A model generated the notes under the pieces. It made no database searches. It was not told where the DNA came from and saw only the letters and a program-made list of their open reading frames with translations. From Camelus dromedarius (lineage: Eukaryota), in contig NC_087437.1 in assembly GCF_036321535.1 (NCBI RefSeq), positions 21,516,001-21,580,000 of the forward strand: DNA of 64,000 nt, in the 5' to 3' direction. Below are positions 24,492 through 37,529 of the stretch, piece by piece (the stretch's first letter is position 1; each line of letters begins with the position of its first letter). The position numbers were made by a program, and so were the translations under genes.

Positions 24492-24530
24492 CTGCCCCCA
24501 ATGCTAAGTTGCTTCCATAGTGATCCCAGC
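24492..24530 (-). CDS. XRN1: XRN1 39-nt cassette exon, GWDHYGSNLALGA
   Basis: tag acceptor, gtgag donor; phase 1-1; matches the human GWDHYGSNYALGA segment as recalled. Confidence 0.88.
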
Positions 24531-24659
24531 CTACAAAAAAACCAAAAAAGCTCAAGTCTTAAAATCTGATCACTTTCATATGACATGCAGAATCTTTCTC
24601 TTCCCTATTCTAATATTTGTAATTCAAGAATTTAAAAAATTTTTTAGTTTCTCACTAGA

Positions 24660-24845
24660 AGTGTATCAAATCATGGTTCCCAGACTCTATTTGTGTAACT
24701 GAATCATATGGGGAGCTTATAAAATACAAAGGCCCCAGATCTAGTGCACCAGACTCGGTGGGGCCCAAGAATCTGTACTGTTAATAAGTTCCACAGGTGA
24801 TTCTTATGCAGTCAGTACCAGTGCAGCATTTGGGAACTCCTGCAT
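24660..24845. mobile_element. MER5-like hAT DNA transposon fossil
   Basis: gaatcatatggggagctt...ggcccaagaatctg...ccacaggtgattcttatgca...tttgggaac. Confidence 0.6.
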
Positions 24846-25037
24846 TAAATAATGACAATCCAGACACCAGCACATTGACACTGAAGAAGGTATGTAAAAG
24901 GCAGCCAGAACTGTAAGACAGTATAGCTTAACTAAAATTCAGCCACTAAGAAATGTTTGGATCAGGAGAGAGGAATCATAATATTGTTCAGTGCTATGAA
25001 TTACACATGCACAAATTCCAGGATAAAGAACACTTTT

Positions 25038-25189
25038 TTTTATATGTACACTTTTATTTTATTTTATTTTTGCAGAGGGAGGTAATTAGGTTTGTTTATT
25101 TACTTTTTCGATGGAGGTACTGGGGATTGAACCCAGGACCTCATACATGCTGAGCATGTGCTCTACCACATGAGCTATACCCTTCCCCC
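25038..25189 (-). mobile_element. tRNA-derived SINE (vic-1-like) with 12-bp TSD
   Basis: TSD aagaacactttt at 25026-25037 and 25190-25201. Confidence 0.9.
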
Positions 25190-26099
25190 AAGAACACTTT
25201 TAATATAAAAAACACTAATAAGAGTTAGAAAATTATGTCTTGATACTACCTATAAACAACTTTGGTAGGAGTTATAATATTAAGAAGATCTATTTAAAAG
25301 ATGCTGTATTAATCTCATATATAGGTCAACTTAACAATTTCCCAATAGTCACTGTCTTAAATATAAAATATATTTTTCTCCATTTATTTCATTGAGACTT
25401 TTTCATACCTTAAAATAGAAATCTATAAAATAGCTTTAAAATCTTAATCTGATGCATAGGTTTTCTTCTCCTGACTAACATTCAAATCTCTTGGCTTTTA
25501 TATCATATGTCATGTATTATAACTGGAAAAGCGGAGAGCACAAGACCAAAAGAATTCCAATTAAACTTTAAAAATTCTTGGTAGGTATGAATATAATAAT
25601 AAACATAATACAATAATGAATGTAAACTCAATAATCAACAAAAAAAGGAAAAAATATCAAGCTTTAAGTTATCGATAATAAATAGGAAAACAATCAGTCC
25701 TTTTTGATAATATATTCTAATAATACAAATTCTTTTAGAAAGAAGCTTGTGGGTACATCTTTAGGTAACCTACATATACTAATTACTTAAAATTATATAT
25801 AGTTGCTGGATTCATTTTTTAAAGTGAAAAAGCAGTCAAATTAGATTTTCTAAGTTATAGTGGACTACCTTAAGCTTTATGAAAACATCACATCCAGTGT
25901 GTCATAAAAATTTTATGACTAAACATTGTTTATATAGGCAAAGGAATGTCAGCGTAGTACAGCAACAAAAGCATGGATTTTGTAATTAGATAGACTTGCT
26001 TTTGAATGCTAGTTTGTCTACTTAGTAACTTAATGACCTTAGACAAATTGCATTTAAAAAAAATCAAAGAAAAAAACATGTTGTAATAAAAAGAGTTTT

Positions 26100-28200
26100 C
26101 AATATAATACAGCAGTCACCTTTCCATCCCAGGTTTAACTGTTTTAGCTGTTTATTTCTACACTGTTCAATAATTCGCTTATACTCCTAGCAATTTTTCA
26201 ATTTTAGGCATTTTTAGACCTACTGACTTCCTATTAAGATAGATCAAAATTCAGTTCTTTTATACCACCTCTCACTACTTGCCCTGTCCTCCCTATGTAA
26301 GCATATCATAATATTTGTTTATAAATACAAACAGTGTTTGTGGTATGTGATTGTATACTATTATCACTGCAATGCCAAGTTGGGTACTCTGATTATGTAT
26401 TTTTTTTTCCTTGTAAAACTTTTTTTAAAAAACTGTATTAATAGTAACCACCTTTTAAAAGTTCCTTAGTCTTCTATGCATCAATCCTTAATGTTTTTCC
26501 AAATGCTGCCCACGTATCAGATCATCATCTTACCTGCCCAGACCTCACTCTGCTCTTCCAATTGAGACTAGTTACTTTCTAGACCTGTTGAGCAGTTGGT
26601 ATCCCAGGATTTCATTGCGTAAGTATATGAGAGATCCTGTGGTCAGTTTCATGGTTTTCTTTTTCTTTTTTTCAGGTAATGCTTTGTTTTAGTAGGGCAT
26701 ATAATCCAGTAGCAGCTGCTGCTGCTTCTTTTTTTTTTAACTGAAGTATAGTCAGTTTACAATGTTGTGTTAATTTCTGGTGTAGAGCATAGTTATTCTT
26801 AACAAAGGTGCCTCAGGATTTTGAGGTATTCAATGCTCAGTTGCTTTCTAGCTTCTAGTTTCTGTTCAATAGCGCAACACCATTCTGAATCTTGATCTTT
26901 CATATGTATTTCTCCCTCCTTGCTGACCTCTTAGCACATCTCTTTATCAGTGATATTCTAAATTTTAAGGCAATCTGTGTCTCTTTTCATTCATTGTGCC
27001 AAAGAGTGTGGTGGCCCTTTTCATTTAAAGATGCATGTCTTTTGGTCCAAGGAAACTTTATTTCTTTGGTAACTTTCCTCCTTTCCATTATCTCTGGTCT
27101 CTTTTTCTGGAACTCCAATTAGATGGGTACTGGACCTGTGGACTGTTCCTCCAAACCTCCCTCCTTTCTTATTTTCCACCTTTTATCTTCTTCCTGAGAT
27201 TTCCTTGGCTTTGCTAGGGCTTTATTTACTGAACTAAAAAATTTTGGCTCAACAATTTAAGTTTTGTTCTCTAATTATAGGTTTTTTCATACATTCTTGT
27301 TCTTATTTTTTGGCTGCAATATTGTTTTATTTCAATAAGAATATTAAGCAAAGCTGTCTTTGAAGTCCTCTTGTTTCCTACATTATCTCTGTTTCCATAT
27401 CCCTTTCGTTTATCTTTATTTTGGGCTCTTTTAGAGATTTTCCTAAACTGTTTAGTGATCTCTCACAGTCTAGTATTTATTCCAAGAACAAGACACTAGA
27501 ACTGTGATTAGAAGCACTGTCTCTGTGGGGAGGGAGCAGGGCTAGATGACATGAGGGCTTCTCTCTAGAATGACCGAATGGTGAGCCAGCCGTTTGGTTG
27601 GGACATCCTCAAAAAGTCAGTAAGTGTCTTCTCTGGAGTTCCACGAATTTCTCAAACTATCCTCCAATTTCCTATCTGGGCTATGGCTGGCTACAGCCTG
27701 GGAATAGGATGGGGAAAAGGAACTTTACTTAATCTCAGTTTCCAGTCTAGTATCACATCCTCTACTCTGCACCTAGTGTTCCCATGTCCATAGGGAACGC
27801 TCTGGAGAACATACCTCCAGTCTTTTGCCTGAGAGGCTGACTGCTTGACTGTGCAGAGGAGGGGCCCCTCACTCCTGTTATAGATTTTGAACCAACGCCC
27901 TCTTTGTGGCCTATGTCTCATCTGAAGCTCTGACAGCTTCTGACATTTCAGAGTTCTGAATCTCTTGGGAACTGTGAGGGACAATCTGCTTATCTGCTCA
28001 TATGTATACTCTTTTATACACTTCAGTTTGTAGCATAATCCTGCTATTATAAATTGATGACTACTTCTTTAACTGCTTTTCTCATCACAAAGTCTTTCCA
28101 AATGTCTAATTTGCTATTTCTTTTCTCATCTCTTTGTCCTTGTAGGTTTACACTTTTAAAAACATTTATTATTCAGTTTAATAGAGTTTAGGCAAAGAGA
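26100..28200 (-). mobile_element. Degraded ancient L1 remnants, with a short young L1 tail at ~26730-26800
   Basis: T-rich L1-like composition and motifs; boundaries approximate. Confidence 0.45.
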
Positions 28201-29142
28201 AGAGATAACTAGTTTACTCAGCATTATTACACCTTTCTAATGTTGAAGATTAGATAACGCAGAGCTCCTGGAATAATATCTGGCATTTAGGAAACTCAGA
28301 AAAGTAATTTTCTCAACTTAAAAAAAAAAACAAATTATTGATTTTAAAATGAAAATGATTAAGATATGAAGAAGCAATTTAAAAAAGAGGAGTGATAAAA
28401 GCAATGCTTAATAAACTTGAGATTTAGAATTTAAAAAATTATAAAATGTTAGTCTCAAAGAGATCCTGGACAATATCTAGTATAAATAAGAAAATGGAAT
28501 CCCAAGAAGTTACAGGATTTTCTCAATAAAAGAGCCTGAACAAAAAGAGAGTCCTGACTCCACAGTGACCTTTCCATTCCCCCAGCAGATCAGGAAGTCA
28601 CCAACTGACTACAGGGAGCTACCTGCTTGAAACTCAGGCACTACGTTTGAAGGAGGAAGACAATTGTGAGAGAATATTAAGAAACATACATACAGTAAGC
28701 TTAAAATCCCCTCTACTCTATCTCTATCATCAAGGGCGGTTTCTTTTAAATCCACAGCTTCAAAGCCTTATCTGTACTGTGTTCCCTTCATCTCTTGTTT
28801 CTCCTCTCCCCACCTCCCCCCGCTGCTCCTTTGTTTTTCATGTCTACCTTAAGCACAGATTCGGGTGCTGGCAGCTACTGGGTCACCTAGAACAAAGAAC
28901 TGTCCTACTCTATCTAGCCACACAAGAGACTGTAGGAGGGCACTCGTATTTCTAGATGAATCTACAGGATCTGGTTGCAGGCTTACTTCTCACAACTACT
29001 TTTTTTCTTTTTTTCTCACAACTTCTTAAATCCCCTAGACATTTAGATAATTTTTTTGGTTTCCTCCGAATGATGCTTCTTAAAAGGACTTTCTAAAAAC
29101 AATAACTCAGTAACAAACATTTAGAAGAGCAAAATACCTTAC

Positions 29143-29245
29143 CAGTAGGTTGAGGAAAAACTGGAGGAATGGTTCCAGGTGGTATAGCAGGAGGATAACT
29201 TGGAAATATTGGTGGAGGCAAAGGGAAATTCACTCCTAAAGAACC
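29143..29245 (-). CDS. XRN1: XRN1 coding exon, GSLGVNFPLPP...VFPQPT
   Basis: tag acceptor after a 91-nt intron, gtaag donor; 103 nt, phase 0-1. Confidence 0.95.
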
Positions 29246-29336
29246 CTATGGAAATATTTAAAAGTTATAAGACAATGCAACAAAACATAGAGGGATTAAT
29301 TAAAGATTTAGTAGAGAAGTCATGGACAGTTCTCAC

Positions 29337-29450
29337 CAATTGTTGTAAAGCAAAAAATGCAGCTTTTTCCTTGGCTTCATTTTCAGAATGGCATTGTGGC
29401 CCATGTACCAGTAAGCCATTAGATAATTTTACCTGGCAAACTGTCATTGT
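29337..29450 (-). CDS. XRN1: XRN1 coding exon, TMTVCQVKLSNG...FALQQL
   Basis: tag acceptor, gtgaga donor; 114 nt, phase 0-0; ORF 29265..29447. Confidence 0.96.
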
Positions 29451-29737
29451 CTAGAAAAAAGAACATGAATGTTTATGAAGTTATCTGTCTAAGAAGTCGA
29501 CCTCCTCCTCCAAAGCTTAGGCTAAATAAGTAGAACAATTTCACCTAACATTCTGTAAAAAAACAGTTCAAGAATTAAAAAAAGGGCTATCAGCTTCAGT
29601 TTTAGGTTGCCATGCAAAAGCTTTAAAACTGTTGCCTTATCTTTCAATGTTTACAAAATTAAAACGATCTCTAAGCTATCTGAAGGGTTAAGCATCCTAA
29701 TGTAAATGAAAGCCAACAGAACTTTCTTCTTTATGTC

Positions 29738-29940
29738 TAGGATTGGGAAACTAGGCCTTTCACTGGTTTTGTATGTAAGATTTTATTGGAACATAGCCAA
29801 GTCCACTCTTACACATTGCCTATGGCTGTTTTCAAATTATAACTGCAGAGGTGAGTAGTTGTGACAGAGACCATATGGCCCATAAGCCTAAAATATTTAG
29901 TATCTGACCATTTACAGAAACATTTTTTGATCTCTGCTTT
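29738..29940. mobile_element. MER58A-like DNA transposon
   Basis: ttttattggaacatagcc...gacagagaccatatggcccataagcctaaaatattt. Confidence 0.7.
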
Positions 29941-30209
29941 CCATCATCCTATAAATAGCAGATTATTTTGCTAATATGAATTAACTGCCAAAATCTAAAA
30001 GACTCAGAAGTTGTAAATGACTTTATATTTACATTTAAATGATTAACTCTTCACAATACACATTTTTTCTTTTATAAAAAAGATTTAAAAAAAATTCTAC
30101 TTTTTCAAAAGGTAGCCATTTTTATGTAGTATTATTAGTTGAATATTGCTTTCTGTTTTAGGCAAGAATGGATCAAGAATTTGGATATAACAAGGATAAA
30201 ATGACTTTC

Positions 30210-30812
30210 TTGTGGTGGTTCTCAAGGTGTAGTTGGAGGACCCTGGAAGTCCCTGATACCCTTCATGGGGATCTTTGAGGTCCAAACCATTTTCATAGTA
30301 ACACGAAGATGCTATTTGCCATTTTCACTCTCATTTTCTCACAAGCATACAGAGGACAAAGGTTTACTGACATAATTTTAAGATTCTACATTGCAATGAA
30401 CTTTTAAGAAAAATACCATGTTTTATTGTAGTATTAAAGAATATCCACAATTCATGAAAAGGCTATTGAAATTCTCTCCCTTTTCCAACTATTTATTTGT
30501 GTGAGGCCAGATTTTCTTCATATATTTCAACAAAAACCATGTATTACAAGGTAAGAAGCAGATTTGATAATCTAGTTTCTTCTGCTAAGCTAGACAATGG
30601 GAAAAATTTGCAAAAATGTGGAGCAATACCACTCTTCTCACTAAATTTTTTTGGAAAGTTTTATTTAATAAACAAGAAATATTAAACTTTTTTCTCAGTT
30701 TTAACTTTTTATTTGACAACTATGGCTATAACACAAGTAAACAAAAGTTCTTTGGAATCCTCAAAAAAAGGTGGGGAGTTTCTGAGACCAAAAAGTTTGA
30801 AACCTGCTGCTG
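30210..30812. mobile_element. Charlie-like hAT DNA transposon remnant
   Basis: Ends gtggttctcaa... and ...tttgaaacctgctg; internal gtgtgaggccagattttcttcata. Confidence 0.65.
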
Positions 30813-31063
30813 TAGACCAAGATCCCCAGCTCTATCAATCTAAAGAATCTTGCCCGACTACCCGCTGCCTAGGTTCCTCTGTCCGTCTTTCTGAGGGGTC
30901 TGGTTATGCATAAATGGAAGAGCCAGAGTGAGAAGTATTAATTTATGCTGCTCATAAAGTAAAAAAAAATCAGCTCCACTGTATTATTTCTAGCAAAAGA
31001 TTTTCAATTTATTTAAGCTCAGTGTTAAATAACTTATGTAAATGAAATTGTAGTATACTATAC

Positions 31064-31245
31064 CTGTGCTGTTCTAAGAAAGGAGAAATTCGGTTGCGGC
31101 ATTCCAACAAGGGAACAAATTCGAGAAAGTTCAGTTACTGGTGTGGATACAGGAGGAATCTGGCTGGAAGCAGGCCAGCACACACTGTCCATAGACTGAA
31201 CATTATGGTACTCACTAGCACAGTGAGGCTTGTTTGTATAAGATG
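31064..31245 (-). CDS. XRN1: XRN1 coding exon, SYTNKPH...NFSFLRTAQ
   Basis: cag acceptor, gtata donor; 182 nt, phase 1-0; ORF 31058..31252. Confidence 0.96.
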
Positions 31246-32950
31246 CTGCCAAAAAAGAGAAAAGGACATATCTACATTAAATGATGTCTCAAACTATGCA
31301 GTTATGACGGGGCTTTATAGAACAGTAAATAGGACATTATTAAAAAGTGAAAAGAGTAATCTCCCATGAAACAAATTAAGAACAATTTAATACTGCCCTT
31401 AAAATGACTAGAATTCAATGAAGATTTTTAGATGATTATAATTAATTATTGATACATAATTAAGATAAAGATTTAAAAAATATGGTAAGTAGCTGACTGC
31501 CAAAAATTCACATGGTGAGAGATTAATGACTATATAGCTATGTCACAGGAAAATTTAAATAAACAAATGGCTTTCTTGAGCTGAATAACAATTAATTCTT
31601 AAGTTCTGAGGCTCTGGCTTCAGTCTCACTTCTGAAAATTCTATCTTATATTCTGAGACACACGCATGAATGTTTTTATTGCTCTAAAAGAATGCTTCTT
31701 AAAAGTTTTTCTGAAATTAAGTCAAGTGCTTTTATATAGAATATGATTAAAAAATTCTGAAAGTTGACATTTTTTATAATGAACAAACTCTCTAACAGAA
31801 CAAAAGCATACTCCAGTGAAGAATGAATTTAAACCTCTTACTATTATAGATTTAAAAAAGTTGAGTGGTTGCCCAAAGTCACATGTTAGTTCTGTTCCAT
31901 GGGCTGGATTCTGACCTCTTGACTCTTAAAGTATATACTTTTCACTATACTGAAATAAAGTAAAAGTTACTTGTTTGTGACAGTGGGACCATCTTTATCC
32001 AATATTGTTTTAAACTTTTATTTTGCTCTATTTCAAGAGCACATCTGTCACTATGATAATTTGTTTCCTGACAGTTATTGTAATTTTTAATTAATTATTT
32101 ATCCTGATATTCAGTGGAGTATAAATGAAGCTAGGCTCTGATTTTGTTTCAGATTTGGATCCTTAATAAACTCAGATTTGCTTGTTTCAAAATGTTTTTT
32201 ACCTGTGAGAAGCTTCTGTCCCCACCTACTTTTACATGAGTCATTCTTCCTAGTAGGCTTTTGCAGATAATTACATAGACAAAATATTAAAGTATAGGAG
32301 ATATAAAAGGTAAGGGCAATGATGGACATTTACTGAAATGCAGCTTATGCCGGGTATCACGCTACAGGCTTCAGAGACTTGAGGTAAATGACCACTTTCC
32401 AATGTGTGCATCCATTAATTATTTTTAATTGATTTTCCAGCTTCTATTTTTTTGTTGATCAAGTTATTTTAACATAATATTAATATGAATCATTGGTACC
32501 TATGATGTGTCAGACAGTGCTAACTGCTTTATATATGTCGTAAATTATTACAAGTCATTTGCAATGTTATTTTAACTTTATAGATAAAAGAATTTTAGCA
32601 AAGTTAAATAAAATATTTAAGTTACATAATCATTTAAAAATTACTGAGAAAAAAAAGTTAAAATGTGAAAACTTTCCAGGTTTGGGATCTACAGGATGAG
32701 TATCTATAATAGTATAATTTAAGTAGTTGCAAGAAGACAGTTAGGGATTATAGATCTATTGGTTACACAGTTACATTGTTATATAAATGACACAACTATA
32801 AAAATTATACTCTTACTTGTTACTCTTAATTATATTCTTTAAAAAATAAAAGTAGTTTTATCTTTAAAAATCACATGATTAAAAACAAATGAACTGAATT
32901 TCTGAAGTGATATTATATTGGTGATTAGTACGAGGACGTAGTTTACTTAC

Positions 32951-33110
32951 TTAATTTCTTATTTTGCTTAGGCTGTGAGGAAGGTCCATATTCATCTCTT
33001 CTATTAGAGGAAACAGTGACTTCATTACCAAACTGTTTCATTTCATTCTTATGGTCCACAGTGTTAGAGCTATCAATTTTTAGAATTTCTTTAAGCATCC
33101 GAGTTCCCTT
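32951..33110 (-). CDS. XRN1: XRN1 coding exon, (K)GTRMLKEILKID...KQNKKL, with NAGNAG acceptor
   Basis: cagAAG tandem acceptor (start 33110 or 33107), gtaagt donor; 160 or 157 nt, phase 0-1. Confidence 0.95.
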
Positions 33111-33563
33111 CTGTTTTGAAAATGATTGGCAGGGAGATGGTGGGAACAGGGGAGAAAAATTAAAAGTAGAGTTATAGAGCATAGTGATTCTTCTTTTAAT
33201 GAGTTCCATTATAAAAAATGAAGACAACTACATTCAGATAGAAAATGCACAAAATCAGTAGTCTAGCGTTGAAAAAAACACTCCACATTTCCTGGCAAAG
33301 AAACAATACTTATCTTTATGCTTAACTTTTGACCAAACTGCCTAGTAGCAATGTTTGAAAGCAAGGGATCTATGGTGTAAAGAGAAAAAAGAAGAAGATG
33401 GCTAAATTGCCCAGGGCAGCTGGTTTTCCTCCCAGGATGACAATAATGGTGCAACACACCAGTCTACACGAGAGAGAAGTATTTTAACCATTGCAAAGGG
33501 TATGCATGCATGGCCAACAATAGTGGTATTATCACGGAATACAAGTTCCTACAAAATACGAAC

Positions 33564-33686
33564 CATAGCAAATGACTGTGGTGACAAATGTTCCTCACTT
33601 GGAAGCTCTTCATAATGAGATGACTGTACTTCATTTTCTTTGGAGATATTCAAGGATGCTATGAAGTTCTCAATTCCAGGATTAGG
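33564..33686 (-). CDS. XRN1: XRN1 coding exon, PNPGIENFIASLNISK...PQSFAM
   Basis: tag acceptor, gttcgt donor; 123 nt, phase 0-0. Confidence 0.95.
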
Positions 33687-33841
33687 CTAAAAGAAAAAAA
33701 TACCTTGTGCATGAAGATGAAAGTACAAGGGCACGAAAAAAGCTAACAGTTTTATATTCAAAAATGATCGTTTAATTTTCACTCAATCATCTTCCCATGT
33801 GTTAAAGTTTGGGAAGAGAAATTGAATAAATGGTCTTTTAC

Positions 33842-33952
33842 CTTATCAATAGTATTTGGATAACCAGTCACAACATTTTGATTTTCTGAGACTTCTGCAC
33901 TTTCACTTCTCTTCAATAGCTTAATATTACATTTTGCAGGCCCTCCAAACGT
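33842..33952 (-). CDS. XRN1: XRN1 probable cassette exon, TFGGPAKCNIKLLKRSESAEVSENQNVVTGYPNTIDK
   Basis: tttta-tag acceptor, AAG|gtaaaa donor; 111 nt, phase 0-0, open in frame; not in the canonical human protein as recalled. Confidence 0.75.
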
Positions 33953-35153
33953 CTATAAAAGAGTAAGAATGAGTTTTTGTGCAAGTAAAATGTATAGTTA
34001 CTACCTAATAGTATTCTAAATAAATCACCGCAAACCTTTTTATGTGTAATTTTCTGTTTTATATCAGAAAAAAGGGGGGCCCGTAAACTTGGTGAAGGAA
34101 AAAATTACATCTTTATCTTCATTAATTTCTAAGTGAGATTTAGCCTTTCCTTCAATTATGAATGTAGGCAATAAGCCACAATGATGGTGATTATAATTGT
34201 ATTCCAATATAATTGGTTTTCTTTCAAATTTGCTGTATTTTATTTAGCATTAAAATTATTATTCTGAGAAAGAGTCCATAGGCTTCACACAAGAGGTCCA
34301 TGGCACAAAGAGTTTATGAATCCCTTCTCTTGAAGAGAGGAAATTATAGCATAGGAGTTTTAGAAAGAGAGGGCCTTAAAGGTCATGTAATTCAACCCTT
34401 TATTGGTATCTAAATATCAATGGGCTCCATTTACTGAGCATGTGTTGTGTGCTAAAATATCTGCTAAGGCATTTTTTATAAATGTAATATATTACTAGCT
34501 TATAAGAAATCTATTTTTACAAAATTGCATTATAAATATACTGTGCATATAGAAAATGCACATAAGTAAACATGAATTTTGAGATTTAAAATGTTATTTT
34601 TTGATTATAAAATGTACACATACTCCTTATCAAACAACAAAGACTATATAAAATAAAATGTAAATGATCTCAGCTTCCTCCATTAACTTAACTCCACAGA
34701 ATTAACCATTAACTTTACTATGCTGGTCCATATACTTTAACTGTATAAACAAATATATTTTCACATATTTTATATATATACACACACACATATTAATGCA
34801 TGTAGGTATGTTTGTATGTATGCATGTATATACAGACTATATATACTGAGAGAGACAACTGATATACTTTTATCTACATTTTAAAGATCAGGAAACTGAG
34901 GCTGTCAGAAGTGTAGTGAATTGCTCAAGGCCACCTAAGTATTAAATGGCAGAACGAGAACTTGAGGTATCTGTAGTTTTAAATCCTGGACTCTAGCTGT
35001 GCAATCTCCCATCCAAGTGACTGACAGGCTACACTCCACAACCCTCCTGCCACTCACCATATTAATCTGGCTCAAAGGATTGCAAGAGATGCCACAGAGC
35101 TACCAATTGCAATAAAAAGTTGGCTACCGGAAATCTGATTTTAAGAAGCTTAC

Positions 35154-35215
35154 CTGCCTATTTGACATTTTTTGTGACTGATTCTCAGTTTTAGGACTCT
35201 TACACTCTTCTTTAA
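35154..35215 (-). CDS. XRN1: XRN1 coding exon, FKEECKSPK...MSNRQ
   Basis: tag acceptor, gtaag donor; 62 nt, phase 1-0. Confidence 0.94.
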
Positions 35216-35809
35216 CTAAGACAAGAAAACAGAAATTTTGTTAAATGAAAGAACTTGCTGCACACCAATTAAATTTACCAAATATTTACCATAGCAGGGC
35301 ACTGTGCAAAAAACTCACAAAGTTGCAAGCAAGGAGACAAAGGCCCTGATCTTGAGGAATTTATAATCTAGATGAGAAGAAGATACTCACAGATCACAAC
35401 AATAAGGGAAAGGGAAAGGCAACATCTGATTGAGCCCTGCAGGATGGCAGGTTTCCAAAGGGCAGACTAGGAGGATAAGTATTTCAGCAAGGGAAATAAT
35501 AGGAGAAAAGCATGGAAGCAGAAAGCAAGGAATGTTTGTGGAACTCTAAACAGATCAGTTCCACTGGAGGTTGAGGAGTATAATGAAGCTTAATTGAACT
35601 AGAGAAGCAGGTTGCAGCCATAATCTGCAAGGCATTGAAGACTATGGAATTAAACTGGTAGGCAGTGGTCATAATCACAGAATGGTTTTGAGCAGATAGT
35701 AATCTCATCAGAATTGTGCCTTAAGAAGATTAAAATACGGCAGTGGCTTATTGGATAGATGGAAGGAGAGTAAGAGATCAGTTAGGAAGCTATTTTGGGA
35801 TTCCCATTA

Positions 35810-36120
35810 AGGGGAAATTAGGGGAATAGAGGCGAAATGAAAAGGATGGATTAGAAGAGGAAGGAGGAAAGGAAAAAAGAAGGAAGGAAGAGAGGAAGGA
35901 AGGGAAGACAAAAAAGGAAGGAAGGAGGGAGGACAGGACCAAAGAGGAAACAGAGGATGAGGAAAGAAGTGGGAGAAGGGATGGAAGGGAGGGACAGGTT
36001 GAAATGAGAGAGGAGGAAAGGAAGGGACAAAGATGGGAAGGAAAAGGAAGAGAAGGAACAGAGGGGAAAAGAAAGGAAGAGAGGAAGGTAAGGAAGTAAT
36101 CTTGGAAGGAGGAAAAGAAA
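35810..36120. repeat. GA-rich low-complexity polypurine tract
   Basis: ~300 nt of (GGAA/GAGG)-like sequence. Confidence 0.9.
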
Positions 36121-36739
36121 ATGTGAATTGATATGTATTCACATTTAAACCTCTGCTGAGAAACACACGAAAGCAAACTAACTGGAATTCCACATAACAC
36201 AGTTTTCATACACTTACATAAACAATAATTTGAAGGAAAATCACAACACATTTCAATTAAATATAAAATCTTTAAGATACATTTATCAGGTTTATAGGGA
36301 CATTATAGTTAAAATGTAAAAGAAAGAAAAATAACACATAGAAATTAGTGCAAGAACACCCCACAACCTGAACCAAAGTTATAAAACCACAAAATTTTTC
36401 GAAATAGCTTTTTTAGGAAAATATTTTTAAAAGACTATTCTTACACTACATTAATATATAAGTATAAAAAATACCACGTACATATAAAATATAATACATT
36501 AGATTCAGGACTCTGCACTTGGTATTTCCTCTGCTGGAAAGCTCTTCAGCAAGCTTCTTGTATGGCCTATACTAGTCCACTTCCCTTTTATTTGGGTCTC
36601 TGTTCAAATGGTATTCCTTGACCACTCTATTTAAAATAGCACCTGTATCACTCAACCCTCTTAATCCGCTTAATTTTTTAATCATAGATTTATCATTACT
36701 ACAGATTATGGAATTTATTGTTTATTTGCCTATTTTAGG

Positions 36740-37085
36740 ACTGAGTAGTATTCCATTGTATTTACATATTTATATACCACATCTTCTTTACCCAGTCATC
36801 TGTCAATGGACATTTAGGTTGTTTCTATGTCTTGGCTATTGTAAACAGTGCTGCTATGAACACTGGGGTACATGTATCTTTTCAAATTAGATTTTTCTCT
36901 GGGTATATGCCCAGGAGTGGGATTGCTGGATCATATGGTATTTCTATTTTTAGTTTTTTAAGCAATCTCCATACTGTTTTTCACAGTGGCTGCACCAAAT
37001 TACACTCCCACCAACAGTGTAGGACGGTTCCCTTTTTTCCATATCCTCTCCAGCATTTACTGTTTGTGAACTTTTTAATGATGGT
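36740..37085 (-). mobile_element. Young L1 ORF2-end fragment
   Basis: Same family as 11880-12706; peptide [17 protein letters not shown]. Confidence 0.85.
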
Positions 37086-37529
37086 GTATATATTTTTAAC
37101 AAAAATCTGTAATATAGTTTGGAGTAATTTAATAGGCAAGTGTTTACACACACAAAAATAACTGGATCACTCTAAATAAATTTTAAAACTTATCTCAAAA
37201 AGTGGTTAGTAGGGGACAACAGCAAAAAATGTCAAAAGACCTCTACAAATTCTCTCCTCCATAAAAGCAACAAGAAAATGAACATAAATGATCAGAATCC
37301 TAATATTCAGAATGATGAAAGTTAATTAAGGCATGCAGCAATCTAGGCAGTATTTATTCAGGAAAAAAGACTGACTCTTAGGAAGCTCTGTGGCCTTTTA
37401 ATTTGCCCTACTCCATTCCCACTCTTCAGCTCCATGTAGCCTTGAAAAATAACAGCCAACATATTTTGGTGAAAAGCAATAGCCTGGCTGCCACCAGAGT
37501 TTAGAATGAGGCTATAGCTCTTCAAAGTG

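Noticed and set aside
32111..32329. Minus-strand 72-aa ORF in an XRN1 intron as an extra coding exon
   Set aside because: The nearest acceptor gives an immediate stop in the required phase 1 and has a weak pyrimidine tract; no recognisable XRN1 sequence
35790..36251. ORFs of 153 and 128 aa
   Set aside because: Arise from the low-complexity GA tract; S/F/L/P-biased translations
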